Positions 1 to 10,185 of a stretch of 64,000 nucleotides of DNA are shown one piece after another (the stretch's first letter is position 1; each line of letters opens with the position of its first letter). The notes beneath the pieces are model-generated. The model searched no databases and had not been told where the DNA came from. It worked only from the letters and a program-made list of their open reading frames with translations. Source of the DNA: Escherichia coli (GTDB lineage: Bacteria > Pseudomonadota > Gammaproteobacteria > Enterobacterales > Enterobacteriaceae); NCBI RefSeq assembly GCF_044324875.1, contig NZ_CP172185.1; one strand, 5' to 3'. The position numbers were made by a program, and so were the translations under genes.

Positions 1-740
1 TATGTAGCACCTAACGTAAATTCGTTACTTCTGACATCAACAGAGGATTTATATGTATCCTGCCCGTCTTCATACGTCAGGGTTGAATCACCTGCATCAA
101 GATAGCGATAAGCAAGGTCAAGACTGAAATCCGGGGTGACCTCATATTTCACGCCAACACCAAGGCTCCATGCGAAATTGTTATCATATCCCGAGTAATG
201 TAATGAAGAAGCATCACTTACTTCACCTGATTTATTCCAGGAGGTATCGGTGTATGTTGCCTTATGATGTACCCGCGCATAACCCAGTCCGGCTGATACC
301 CACGGAGTGAAAGCACTGCTGTTTCTGAAATCATAATACGTGTTCACCATCAGGGTATTCACGCTGAGCCTGTTTTGTGTGTCTTCCTTCCAACCATTAT
401 CTCCAGACGGGGACTCCCATGTATCCAGTGGATAGCGGGAATTCGCAGAGCCGCGACCATAGAATTCAACTTCCGTGCGTACAGGGACATTGTAGTGCTG
501 ATAAAAGTCGTATCCCACCGCAAGGCCAGCACCAAAAACCGTATCGCTCTTGTCACCGCCTTTATACTTATAAACATCATCCCCAAAGTCCTGACTAAAG
601 CGCTGATTATCCTGAGTGATAACAGATGCACCAGCCTTACCCGTGATATAGAAACCGGTTTTATCCGCATCTGCCAGCGTCAGCGTTGAAAACGTACCGG
701 TAAGCGCAGCTACCGCAGTGAGTGCCAGTAACTTTTTCAC
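1..740 (-). CDS. outer-membrane beta-barrel protein (porin/OmpA-like family), C-terminus cut by window edge
   Basis: Minus-strand frame opens with GTG at 740-738 behind an AGGAGAGG Shine-Dalgarno; N-terminus MKKLLALTAVAALTGTFSTLTLADA is a signal peptide; body is aromatic- and Gly-rich with alternating hydrophobic beta-strand pattern; no stop before position 1. Confidence 0.5.
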   Translation of the reverse strand, partial: MKKLLALTAVAALTGTFSTLTLADADKTGFYITGKAGASVITQDNQRFSQDFGDDVYKYKGGDKSDTVFGAGLAVGYDFYQHYNVPVRTEVEFYGRGSANSRYPLDTWESPSGDNGWKEDTQNRLSVNTLMVNTYYDFRNSSAFTPWVSAGLGYARVHHKATYTDTSWNKSGEVSDASSLHYSGYDNNFAWSLGVGVKYEVTPDFSLDLAYRYLDAGDSTLTYEDGQDTYKSSVDVRSNEFTLGAT

Positions 741-1054
741 AATCCACCTCTCCTGATGTTTCCTTCAGACATATGAATTTGTCCAATTTTAAGACGGATT
801 TCTCATTGGTAAAATGAATTGTACAGATCGTATCGATCGATAAAATCGATCGTTAAGCAGAAAAAAGATTTATCGTCAGCGAAGATTTGTTTATGGAAAT
901 GAGTGAAAAACGGGTTAAAAAACAGACTGTGCTGCTCATGTGAAACGGGAAGTGACGGGATAAGAAGTTATGTGAGGATTGTTACGGGAAATGCTGTTTT
1001 ACGTTGTTAAAATGTAACTCCGCAATGAAACTATTCCCTGTGGAGGTCCTGTAA

Positions 1055-1408
1055 ATGAACAAAGCACTCTCTTCCATTCTGCTCATCTTCGGTATCTGTA
1101 CATCATCACTGGCCGCTGAAAAAAACAGAACCGTCAGTTTTCCACGATGTGAAGGGCAGGAATCATCGGCTGTTGCAGCCAGCGTCAAACGGGACTATCT
1201 CCAGAAACAGGTGCTTCAGTGGAAAGATGACCAGGAAATTCTCGGTCAGCTGCGCCCCGTTGTCTGGGTGAATCTTCGTGAGCCGGTAAATAAAGGTGAT
1301 AATGTCATCACGGTGCATCTCACTGCCCGTGGAAAGAAAGCAGATATTCAGTATCGTGTGCGCGTTGACTGTAAGAACGGAAGTGCTACCTGGCAACGCC
1401 AGGGATGA
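1055..1408 (+). CDS. hypothetical small secreted protein (117 aa)
   Basis: ORF track; GGAGG 8 nt upstream of ATG; N-terminal signal peptide MNKALSSILLIFGICTSSLAA; no family recognised. Confidence 0.5.
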   Translation: MNKALSSILLIFGICTSSLAAEKNRTVSFPRCEGQESSAVAASVKRDYLQKQVLQWKDDQEILGQLRPVVWVNLREPVNKGDNVITVHLTARGKKADIQYRVRVDCKNGSATWQRQG

Positions 1409-1454
1409 ACGGGTGAAGTTGAATACAGAGCCCGAACGAACAGGCTCTCCATAC

Positions 1455-1929
1455 TCATCGTATATAACTGAATGCGGTGATGACGTGTTTCACCCCCGCC
1501 ACGCGACTGGCGATATCAGCAGCAGCCTGTCCTTCCTTCTCTGTAACTCTCCCCATAAGAAAGACTTCACCATTCTCCGTCAGTACCTTTACATCTGACA
1601 GTTTCACCCTGCTGCTCTTCAGTAACTGTGCCCGGATTTTTGTGGTCAGCCACGCATCAGTAGCTGTTTTATCAGCCCGAAGTGGTTTTCCCGTCCTTAT
1701 TTCATTCCATACCTGCACAGTCCCCTCAACACCATCTGCAATCTGACGGGCTTTTTCACCTGCACTACGGTCTGGTGCCTGCCCTGTCAGCAGTACAGTG
1801 CCCTGGTATGCTGTGACGATGATTCGCGCATCCCCCCTGAGTTGTGAGTCCTTCGACAGCGCACGGCTGACCCTTGCTTCCAGAATTTCATCATCAATCT
1901 GCGTTCCCGCACTTCGGGGGTCCACTGAC
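1455..1929 (-). pseudogene. BON-domain (OsmY/YraP-like) protein, 5-prime end replaced by IS21-family terminus
   Basis: ORF 1455..2015 has two BON-like segments; its first ~29 codons are encoded by the IS terminal repeats (1930-2015), so the native N-terminus and signal peptide are missing. Confidence 0.5.
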
Positions 1930-2050
1930 TGCAAAATGGCATCTGAATCGATCGCAGTTTGGCATTCGAATCGATCATGATTTGGCATCCATCTCCGATC
2001 ACAGTTTGGCATCACAATCGATCACGATTTGGCATGCTTCCGATCATTGA
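1930..2050 (+). repeat. IS21-family left-end multiple terminal repeats
   Basis: Five tandem copies of a ~20-bp unit (TTTGGCAT..CGATCG..GAT variants) between 1930 and 2050; typical IstA binding sites of IS21-family ends. Confidence 0.6.
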
Positions 2051-2131
2051 TTGGCATCCTGCCAGTCACTCCGGGAATTAACTCTTTTCACCACAGTCTC
2101 CATTGCCGTGTTTAAACCAGTGGAGACGTCA

Positions 2132-3697
2132 ATGTCCAGAAAGAGAAAATCCAGGAGCACTATGGAAACCTGTTTTAAGATCCTTCAGCTCAAGTTCGAC
2201 AAGAAGCTGACTAACCGTTGTATCGGACTGACGTTACACATCAGCGCCTCAACCGTTTTTGAGGTTCTTGCCCGCTTCAAAGCCTCTTCTCTGTCATGGC
2301 CATTACCTGCTGATATATCCCATGACACGCTGGAGAAACTCATTTTTCCGCCCAAAGACACCTTTGCATCAGAGCTTGTAATGCCTGACATGTTGTACTT
2401 CGATACGGAAATGAGAAAACCAGGTGTGACGCGGCAACTGTTGTGGATGGAATACAAGGCACAGGCGGGTAACAAAGCGATGGGATACTCGCACTTCTGC
2501 CGTTGCTACCGGGAGTGGAAAAAAACGCGACGTCTCTCCATGCGCCAGGAGCATCGTGCCGGCGAAAAGCTTTTTATCGACTTCTGTGGTCCTACGGTTC
2601 CTGTTATTAATCCGGACACCGGTGAGATACGCCGCGTGGCAATCTTCGTGGCCGTAATGGGGGCGTCCAACTATACCTACGTTGAAGCGTGCGAAGGTCA
2701 GGACATGATGTCATGGTTAAATGCCCACAGCCGTTGCCTGACCTTCCTGGGCGGCGTACCGAAGCTGCTCATCCCCGATAACCTCAGAAGCGCAGTGAAA
2801 AAGGCCGATCGATATGAGCCTGTCATCAACGACAGTTATCAGGCACTGGCTGAGCACTATGGCACGGTTATCATCCCGGCCCGACCACGCAAACCTAAAG
2901 ATAAACCAAAAGCAGAAAACGGCGTCCTCATCGTTGAACGATGGCTTCTTGCCCGCATCCGTAATGAAACCTTCCACACGCTCAGGGCGCTGAATGCGCG
3001 CCTTAGGGAGTTACTGACAGACATGAATAACCGGCCAATGAAGGGGTACGGCAATCAAACCCGTGCAGAACGCTTCCGCATACTGGATGCGCCAGCACTC
3101 TCTCCGCTGCCTCTGGCACCTTATGAATACACGGAATACAAAGCTGTGAAGGTTGGCCCTGACTACCACGTTGAATATGCCCGTCACTGGTACTCCGTTC
3201 CACACGAACTGGTCGGTCAGCGTCTGTCACTGAAGGCGGGGCAGTCGGTGGTACAGCTCTGGCACAAGGGGCAGTGTGTGGCGCAACATCCGCGCAGCAC
3301 ACATGAATATAAACACACAACCAATCCGCTTCACATGCCAGAGCGCCACCGGCAGCACGGGACATGGACACCGGAACGCCTGATCGAGCAGGGAAAACGT
3401 ACGGGCCCGTCCACAGGCCGGGTGGTTGAATCCATGCTGAAGGCAAAACCCCATCCGGAACTGGCTTATCGTGCAGTTCTGGGGCTGCTGGCACTTCAGA
3501 AAAAATACGGCCCGGAACGGCTGGAAAAGGCCTGTTACGTTGCCCTGCACTATAACGCCCCTGACAGACGCTTTATCGACAATCTGCTGCGTCACCATCG
3601 GGAGAACCTGGAGCTTCCATTATCCCGCCAGGGCGAACAACATCCGGCATATGCTTCAGAGCATGAAAACCTGCGTGGTCCGGGCTACTACCACTGA
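2132..3697 (+). CDS. istA: IS21-family transposase IstA
   Basis: ORF track 2051..3697; long ORF begins inside the terminal repeats, so the GGAGACG-preceded ATG at 2132 is the more likely start; N-terminal HTH then DDE-type catalytic region; followed by istB. Confidence 0.85.
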   Translation: MSRKRKSRSTMETCFKILQLKFDKKLTNRCIGLTLHISASTVFEVLARFKASSLSWPLPADISHDTLEKLIFPPKDTFASELVMPDMLYFDTEMRKPGVTRQLLWMEYKAQAGNKAMGYSHFCRCYREWKKTRRLSMRQEHRAGEKLFIDFCGPTVPVINPDTGEIRRVAIFVAVMGASNYTYVEACEGQDMMSWLNAHSRCLTFLGGVPKLLIPDNLRSAVKKADRYEPVINDSYQALAEHYGTVIIPARPRKPKDKPKAENGVLIVERWLLARIRNETFHTLRALNARLRELLTDMNNRPMKGYGNQTRAERFRILDAPALSPLPLAPYEYTEYKAVKVGPDYHVEYARHWYSVPHELVGQRLSLKAGQSVVQLWHKGQCVAQHPRSTHEYKHTTNPLHMPERHRQHGTWTPERLIEQGKRTGPSTGRVVESMLKAKPHPELAYRAVLGLLALQKKYGPERLEKACYVALHYNAPDRRFIDNLLRHHRENLELPLSRQGEQHPAYASEHENLRGPGYYH

Positions 3698-3713
3698 CAG
3701 AAGGAACAACAGT

Positions 3714-4469
3714 ATGAGTGATAACCTGTTAAACAAACTGACCCAACTGAAACTCCCGGCGATGGCCGGGAGCCTGATACGGCAGCGGGAAACGCCTCAG
3801 ACCTACGACGAACTGTCGTTCGAGGAAAGGCTGACGCTGCTGGTTGATGACGAGCTTCTGAGCAGGGAAAACAGCCGTGTGGCACGGTTGAGAAAAAATG
3901 CCGGCCTGAAATACCAGGCAACACCGGAAGGGCTGCGCTATCCGGCCTCAAGAGGTCTGCGGGCTGAACAGATGAGAGAACTGCTGAACGGCCACTACAT
4001 AACCCACAGGAAAAACCTGCTGATAACCGGTCCGACAGGATGTGGCAAGAGCTGGATAGCCAATGCGCTGGGCGAACAGGCATGTCGACAGAAACACAGC
4101 GTCCGGTACTGTAGAACCGGGCGATTACTGGAACAACTGGCTCAGGGACGTGTTGATGGCAGCTGGCTGAAATATCTGAAACAGTTGCAAAAAATACAGG
4201 TTCTAATCCTGGACGATCTGGGGCTGGAACAGTTAAGTAACGCCCAGTGTAATGACCTTCTGGAGCTCATAGAGGATCGTTACGGACAAAGCAGCACGAT
4301 AGTGGTAAGCCAGTTCCCGGTAGATAAATGGCATGGTCTGATGGAGAACCCAACAACAGCAGATGCCATCCTGGACAGACTGGTACATAACTCACACCGA
4401 GTGGTCCTTCAGGGAGAGTCACTGAGGAAAAATCCCCCGGTAGTGGAAAGCAGCGAAAAAACGCGTTAA
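3714..4469 (+). CDS. istB: IS21-family helper ATPase IstB
   Basis: Walker A GPTGCGKS, Walker B LILDDLG; start at ATG 3714 (MSDNLLNKL) with SD AAGGAA, not the longer in-frame track ORF 3471..4469. Confidence 0.9.
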   Translation: MSDNLLNKLTQLKLPAMAGSLIRQRETPQTYDELSFEERLTLLVDDELLSRENSRVARLRKNAGLKYQATPEGLRYPASRGLRAEQMRELLNGHYITHRKNLLITGPTGCGKSWIANALGEQACRQKHSVRYCRTGRLLEQLAQGRVDGSWLKYLKQLQKIQVLILDDLGLEQLSNAQCNDLLELIEDRYGQSSTIVVSQFPVDKWHGLMENPTTADAILDRLVHNSHRVVLQGESLRKNPPVVESSEKTR

Positions 4470-4759
4470 AAAGCGGTAGAAAAAGTTAAGTTCCCGGTTG
4501 ATCGAATGGATGCGAATCGCTGATCGGACTTCGATGCCAATCCGTGATCGAATAGAGCGGAATACGCAGGGAACCACACAGGGTATGGACAAACATAATA
4601 ACAATAACAGGATGAAAATATTGAATAAAAAATAAAAACCGAGACATCATCATTTGCAGTAATAGCCACCTCCTTACCGAAAAGTGTGAGTTGCCGGACA
4701 TTTTTTAAACGCATGATAAGGTCTGATGATACAGTCACCCTGCAACCAGGAGGTACATC

Positions 4760-5011
4760 ATGCGTATACGTGTTTTTGGTTACCGGCACTGCCCTTCAGT
4801 CCATCGCATCATGCATCACGCAACGCGAATCCCCGATGAAATGGAACCGGATGTTGTGTTTATTGATGTCGCGAAGCACAGTGTGACGCTGCGGGATATG
4901 GCTGACCGTGCAGGCTGCCCGGTGGATAACTTCCCGTGTGTGTTTGTTGATGATGTGTATCTGGAGCCCCTTCCACCAGAGCCGGGCAAACCGCACTTTA
5001 CATACTGCTGA
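4760..5011 (+). CDS. small thioredoxin/glutaredoxin-fold-like protein (83 aa)
   Basis: Strong SD AGGAGG 7 nt upstream; pattern MRIRVFGY-HCPS ... FPCVFVDDVYL resembles the glutaredoxin/NrdH layout but with the CxxC replaced by HCPS; function uncertain. Confidence 0.35.
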   Translation: MRIRVFGYRHCPSVHRIMHHATRIPDEMEPDVVFIDVAKHSVTLRDMADRAGCPVDNFPCVFVDDVYLEPLPPEPGKPHFTYC

Positions 5012-5178
5012 ATATTTATTACCGGATATGGACAATCGCTTTCATTCGGGATAAAAAATACTGCGCGTTCCTGGTTTATTTTGCGTTGCTGTCATGACGT
5101 GTTTGCCTTCATTGCCGGGATCGCGCACTTTTTGTTATAACTCCCCGGAGGACACTGTCTGTAATCAGATGGAAACCT

Positions 5179-5613
5179 TTATCTCAGTGATGTCCTGGTT
5201 AATACAGAATACTGCCCCGGACCAAGTAACATAATGGCAATCCCCCCCATGAAATACAGCATTTCATTTTCAAGCCCCCACGCCCCTACTTCAGTCAGTG
5301 TGAAAAACTTCCCTGTTCCGACCAGAAGCGTGGCAACAATCAGTGTCAGCGCATAAATCAGAGCAGCAGGTCTGGTAAATATCCCAAGAATGATAAGTAC
5401 CGGAGCCACGATTTCACCAATATACACACCATAGGCAATAAATCCTGGCAAACCAGCATCCTGCAACATTGATATAATCCAGTTGACACCGTGCTCTATT
5501 TTGGCCACACCATGGAACAGCATCAATATACCAAATGTCAGTCTCAGCAACAGAAGACCTGTATCCGGGTAGTCTGTCAGTCTGGTAAAGAACATATTTA
5601 TTCTTGCTGGCAT
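5179..5613 (-). CDS. DoxX-family inner membrane protein
   Basis: 144-aa protein with four hydrophobic helices and DoxX-like motifs (LLLRLTFGILMLFHG, GGIAIMLLGPG). Confidence 0.7.
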   Translation of the reverse strand: MPARINMFFTRLTDYPDTGLLLLRLTFGILMLFHGVAKIEHGVNWIISMLQDAGLPGFIAYGVYIGEIVAPVLIILGIFTRPAALIYALTLIVATLLVGTGKFFTLTEVGAWGLENEMLYFMGGIAIMLLGPGQYSVLTRTSLR

Positions 5614-6198
5614 AAAAAACCTCGTTAAACGATAACAGATAATGAAGAAACTATTATCGTTGAGTCGACACCATCAATTGACCAGATATTTCTGACATTC
5701 ATAATCAAAAAATTTGACAAAACTGTAAACGTTCGCTTTTTATACCAACACAGAATCCACTCAGTCACACAACCTGTATGCGTCATTTCCTGCTGTTATT
5801 TAAAAAATTTCTCACGTAACAGACATTTCAAAAAAACACTAAAAAATACCAGAACAATTAAGATAATATTACGATCAAATAAGTAAAAGTCTTTTGTCTG
5901 TTATTTTTATTTTCTGTGATTACTGTCATTCTTTCACCACTTTAATTAACATCGCATAATAATCCGGGAGGTGGATAAGATATGAAAATTAACTATCCTT
6001 TACTGGCGCTGGCGTTGAATTATTACCTGTAGAGCTCACTCCGGATGAGCAGAAAGAACCGATGGTGGCTCTTACTCCACTTTTATCCACTCCTTCACAC
6101 AGCACTGTCAGTGCAGGTGCCTGAAAGATCTCGTTCCGTCACGGTAAAATGACGCTGGAAAATTCTTCACCAGAACTGCTCACTGTGTTAATTCGTGA

Positions 6199-6372
6199 AC
6201 TGACCTGGGGGGAATGCGTGGTACCCTGCTGTACGGACTAATCGGAACCTGTCGGTTGAACGGTATCGATCCGGAAGCGTATCTGCGCCATATCCTGAAC
6301 GTTCTACCGGAATGGCCTTCCTGCATGGTTGATGAACTCCTGCCATGGAATATGGTGCTCCCATTGGGGTAA
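6199..6372 (+). pseudogene. IS66-family transposase (TnpC) C-terminal remnant
   Basis: Frame reads ...[50 protein letters not shown], matching the conserved C-terminus of the intact TnpC at 8167..9618; GTAAGCG-type end just downstream. Confidence 0.6.
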
Positions 6373-6491
6373 GCGTCAATACGGCGTTCGCTTAACTTAA
6401 CACTTACTTTCAAAGCCTGATATCTGTCCTACGCTTTTCCTCAATACCACATCGCCAGCAGGAAACAACCTAATGCCTGTGTTGGGGTCTG

Positions 6492-6516
6492 AATTACTAA
6501 TGATAATCATTTGCAT
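6492..6516 (+). promoter_or_regulatory. Fur box-like operator upstream of sitA
   Basis: AATTACTAATGATAATCATTTGCATT contains the AATGATAATCATT core of the Fur consensus. Confidence 0.55.
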
Positions 6517-6536
6517 TGTGTATAGCTTATGCTATA

Positions 6537-6558
6537 AAACATAGCCGTTGCTATGTTT
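6537..6558 (+). promoter_or_regulatory. MntR box upstream of sitA
   Basis: Palindrome AAACATAGC-CGTT-GCTATGTTT matches the MntR operator consensus; an adjacent second palindrome TATAGC-TTAT-GCTATA lies at 6521-6536. Confidence 0.6.
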
Positions 6559-6590
6559 GTTCTAATTTTACTCACTATAGGTACTGAATT

Positions 6591-7505
6591 ATGCACTCAA
6601 TAAAAAAAGTAACCATGCTCCTGGGGTGCCTCGCCCTCACCTGCTCGATAGCATTTCAGGCGAGTGCAACTGAAAAATTCAAGGTCATTACAACATTTAC
6701 CATCATCGCAGATATGGCCAAAAACGTGGCTGGAGATGCTGCAGAAGTCTCATCCATAACCAGGCCCGGTGCAGAAATTCATGAGTATCAGCCTACCCCT
6801 GGCGATATTAAACGTGCGCAGGGGGCACAACTGATTCTCGCCAACGGTATGAATCTGGAATTGTGGTTCCAGCGCTTTTACCAGCATCTCAGTGGTGTTC
6901 CAGAAGTGATTGTCTCTTCGGGTGTGACGCCAGTAGGGATCACCGAAGGCCCCTACGAGGGAAAACCTAACCCTCATGCCTGGATGTCGCCAGATAATGC
7001 TTTGATTTACGTCGATAATATTCGTGATGCGTTGATAAAATACGATCCGGCAAATGCAAAAACATACCAACGTAATGCCGATACTTATAAAGCCAAGATT
7101 ACCCAAACCCTTGCCCCCCTGCGTAAGCAGATTGCTGAACTCCCTGAGAATAAAAGATGGATGGTCACCAGTGAAGGGGCTTTTTCTTATCTCGCACGCG
7201 ATTTGGGGCTAAAAGAGCTTTATCTGTGGCCGATAAATGCCGATCAACAAGGAACACCCCAGCAGGTACGTAAAGTGGTTGATATAGTGAAGAAAAATAA
7301 TATCCCAGCGGTATTTAGTGAGAGTACGGTTTCCGATAAACCAGCGCGTCAGGTTGCGCGTGAAACCGGCGCACACTACGGCGGTGTGCTCTATGTCGAT
7401 TCCCTGAGCACAGAAAACGGCCCGGTACCTACGTATATCGACCTTCTGAAGGTTACTACCAGTACGCTGGTGCAGGGAATTAAAGCCGGGAAAAGGGAGA
7501 AGTAA
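6591..7505 (+). CDS. sitA: Mn/Fe ABC transporter periplasmic substrate-binding protein SitA
   Basis: 304 aa with signal peptide; cluster-9 metal-binding SBP fold; followed by a sitB start overlapping the stop (TAATG); Fur and MntR boxes upstream. Confidence 0.85.
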   Translation: MHSIKKVTMLLGCLALTCSIAFQASATEKFKVITTFTIIADMAKNVAGDAAEVSSITRPGAEIHEYQPTPGDIKRAQGAQLILANGMNLELWFQRFYQHLSGVPEVIVSSGVTPVGITEGPYEGKPNPHAWMSPDNALIYVDNIRDALIKYDPANAKTYQRNADTYKAKITQTLAPLRKQIAELPENKRWMVTSEGAFSYLARDLGLKELYLWPINADQQGTPQQVRKVVDIVKKNNIPAVFSESTVSDKPARQVARETGAHYGGVLYVDSLSTENGPVPTYIDLLKVTTSTLVQGIKAGKREK

Positions 7506-7640
7506 TGATGCAATCTGCGGGTATTGTCGTTAATGGCGTTACTGTCACCTAGCGAAACGGGCAGAAAGCACTGCGCGATGCATCCTTCACAGTACCAGGC
7601 GGATCTATTGCCGCTCTGCTTGGGGTAAACGGTTCCGGTG
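7505..7640 (+). pseudogene. sitB: sitB 5-prime fragment (ABC ATPase) with premature stop
   Basis: MMQSAGIVVNGVTVT then TAG, then ...ALRDASFTVPGGSIAALLGVNGSG; homology ends inside the Walker A motif at about 7640; sitCD absent. Confidence 0.65.
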
Positions 7641-7986
7641 AAATCGTCTTGACACGTTTCTGGGCTCGTCATCAGCGGTTGTTGCGAATGATCGCCGCCC
7701 TGCGATGGTTGATTTATTTTATTGCGCCCCGGCGTCTGCCTTGCCAGGTACCGGAGGCGGGCTCTGAAGGACTGAGTAGGGTGAGCGCGTCAGGCCGCGA
7801 AGTACTGACACGGGAGTTTGTGGCAGGCAGTGAAGTCCTGACCAGGGTAAGGGAGGCGCTGACGTGCAGGTCCTGACTGTCAGCCAGGCGCATGGTGACT
7901 GACTTTCTCAATAACCCGCTGTCAGGCGCTCAACGCCCGACAGCAGGCCATGGCCCGGTGTGCAAAGACCTGACGGCAGGTGTTGT

Positions 7987-8127
7987 GTCACCCGGAGAAG
8001 GTAAATCCCTCAAGAGGCAGCAGCTCAGCCAGTCGGTCCTCAGGCCACTCCGGCAGGCGCGTCAGTACGTCCGTCAGCCAGGCATGTGGCTCCAGACCAT
8101 TACGCTTTGCTGTTTCCAGAAGACTCA
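7987..8127 (-). pseudogene. second IS66-family TnpC C-terminal fragment
   Basis: Minus frame MSLLETAKRNGLEPHAWLTDVLTRLPEWPEDRLAELLPLEGFTFSG* parallels the TnpC C-terminus; abuts the end of the complete IS66 element. Confidence 0.5.
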
Positions 8128-8166
8128 TTGTAAGCGTACAGCGAGGGCCGTATTGACGGGGATGTG

Positions 8167-9728
8167 TTATTCAGCTGGCAGTGCTATGCGCCACGGAAGC
8201 AGTTCGCTGACCCGGTTGACCGGCCAGTCTGCTATGACGCCAAGCACATGGCGAAGGTAGCTTTCTGGATCCACGTCATTCAGTTTGCACGTCCCTATCA
8301 GGCTGTACAGTAGCGCTCCCCGCTCACCACCATGGCCAGAGCCGAAGAACAGGAAGTTTTTACGACCCAGACTTACCGCCCGCAGGGCATTTTCAGCGAT
8401 GTTGTTGTCGATTTCCACCCAGCCATCGTTCGCATAGTACGTCAGTGCCGGCCACTGGTTAAGTGCGTACGCGAACGCCTTCGCCAACTCTGAGTGTCGC
8501 GACAGGGTCTTCATCTTTTCACGCAACCAGCTTTCCAGGGATTTCAACAGCGGTTTCGTTTTTCGCTGACGTTCAGCAAGCCGCTGCTCTGCCGGCATTC
8601 CCCTTATATCCGCCTCTATGGCGTACAACTGACCGATCTGCTCCAGGGCTTCTTCCGTCAGTGCTGACGGGATGCGGACGTGCACATCGTGGATCTTTCG
8701 GCGGGCATGAGCCCAGCAGGCAGCTTCCGTTATCCCACCATTGCGATACAGCTCGTTGAACCCGGCGTACGCATCCGCTTGCAGCACACCGCTGAAGCAA
8801 GCAAGATGAGTCTGCGGATGGATGCCTTTTCTGTCCGGGCTGTAAGCGAACCACACTGCAGGTGCCAACGCTGACCCGGCATTGCGGTCATCACGAACAT
8901 ACACCCACAGCCGGCCCGTCCGGGTTTTACCGCTCCCCGGCTCCAGCACTTTCACCGGGGTATCGTCCGTGTGCTGTTTGCTGCTCTCCATCACGTAGCG
9001 GTTCAGCGCATCGTGCAGGGGACTGAGTCGTTCTGCGGTCATCGCCACCCACCGGACCAGCGTGTTTCGGCTCAGTTCCACACCCTGGCGGCTGAAGATG
9101 ACGGACTGACGATGCAGCGGGGTATGGTCACAGTATTTACTCACCAGGATGCGGGCCAGCAGGCCCGCACCGGCCACACTGCGGGTCAGAGGTTTCGGGA
9201 GGAGTGGGGCCTGGACTATCACATCGCAGCGGCTGCAGGCCAGCTTCGGGCGCACCGTTTCGATGACCTTAAAGGCGCTGCGGATTATCTCCAGTTGCTC
9301 TGAGACGGTTTCACTCATCACCTTCAGGTCGCCGCCGCATTTCGGGCAGACAGTCACTGTCGGGGTGATGCGCCGGGTTTCACGTGGCAGGTCTGCCGGC
9401 AGTTTCTGACGACGGGAGCGGCGTGCAGGCCGGTCCTGTGGGGCGACCGCCACCGGGGGCTCTGCCTGCTCAACCGTACTGACAGTGGGCTCATCGTCCT
9501 GCAGACAGCGTTTTGCCGCTGCAAGACGGTTTTCCAGCTCAGCCAGCCGCTTCTCTGCCTGGCGGATTTTATTTTCCAGTTTATTGCGGCTTTTCTCTGA
9601 ACTCTGCCCGAACAGCATCCGCCGCAGCTTATCAACTTATCAAGCTGTGCCTTCAGCCGTTCGATTTCCTGTTCGTAGTCGGCAACCTGTCCGGCGTACT
9701 GGCGCAGCCGGGCCTGCTGCTTTTTCAT
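8167..9728 (-). pseudogene. tnpC: IS66 transposase TnpC, frameshifted
   Basis: N-terminal coiled-coil part (track ORF 9354..9728) and catalytic part (8167..9618) are in different frames; tandem 8-bp duplication CTTATCAA at 9628-9643 explains the shift. Confidence 0.75.
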
Positions 9729-9837
9729 GGTAACATTTAGCTGTTACACAGCAACCTGCTGCTGACGCAACAGGGCTTTCAGCTGGTCGATATTATCAGG
9801 AAGCGGGATATTTTTCATCCTGCCCAGGTAAAGGGAT

Positions 9838-10185
9838 TCAGATCCGCAGACTATTACTTTTCGACCTTCCCGGTTGCATCCAGACTATACCCTCCAGCAG
9901 CATGGCAAGCTGTGCCGGGGTCAGATACACCTTTCCCTCCCGGGCGACCGGCCAGATGAACGTTCCCCGTTCAAGTCTTTTCATATAGATGCAGAGCCCT
10001 CCGCTGTCTGCCCACAGGAGTTTTACCAGCCTGCCCCTGCGTCCCCGGAAGATGAAGAGATGGCCGGAGATCGGGTCATCCTTCAGGGTGTTCTGGACCT
10101 TTGCGGCCAGACCGTTGAAGCCGTTTCTCATGTCGGTGATGCCGGCCACGAGCCAGATACGGCTGCCAGCCGGAAGCGTAATCAT
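9838..10185 (-). CDS. tnpB: IS66 Orf2 (TnpB)
   Basis: 115 aa, near-identical to the second IS66 TnpB at 52659..53006. Confidence 0.85.
   Translation of the reverse strand: MITLPAGSRIWLVAGITDMRNGFNGLAAKVQNTLKDDPISGHLFIFRGRRGRLVKLLWADSGGLCIYMKRLERGTFIWPVAREGKVYLTPAQLAMLLEGIVWMQPGRSKSNSLRI

Larger units (their letters stand above)
1930..4568 (+). mobile_element. IS21-family insertion sequence, copy A (~2.64 kb)
   Basis: istA-istB gene pair; termini TGCAAAATGG...GAATACGCA; multiple TGGCAT-containing terminal repeats; identical to copy B at 53503-56140 in inverted orientation; no target-site duplication at this copy. Confidence 0.85.

Noticed and set aside
1930-2050. CRISPR-like array of short repeats (also 56020-56140)
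   Set aside because: The ~20-bp TGGCAT-containing repeats are the multiple terminal repeats of the IS21-family element, are translated in the track ORFs, and have no unique spacers or cas genes.
3471-4469. 332-aa version of IstB starting at 3471
   Set aside because: The first 81 codons overlap istA in another frame; the canonical IstB start with a ribosome-binding site is the ATG at 3714.
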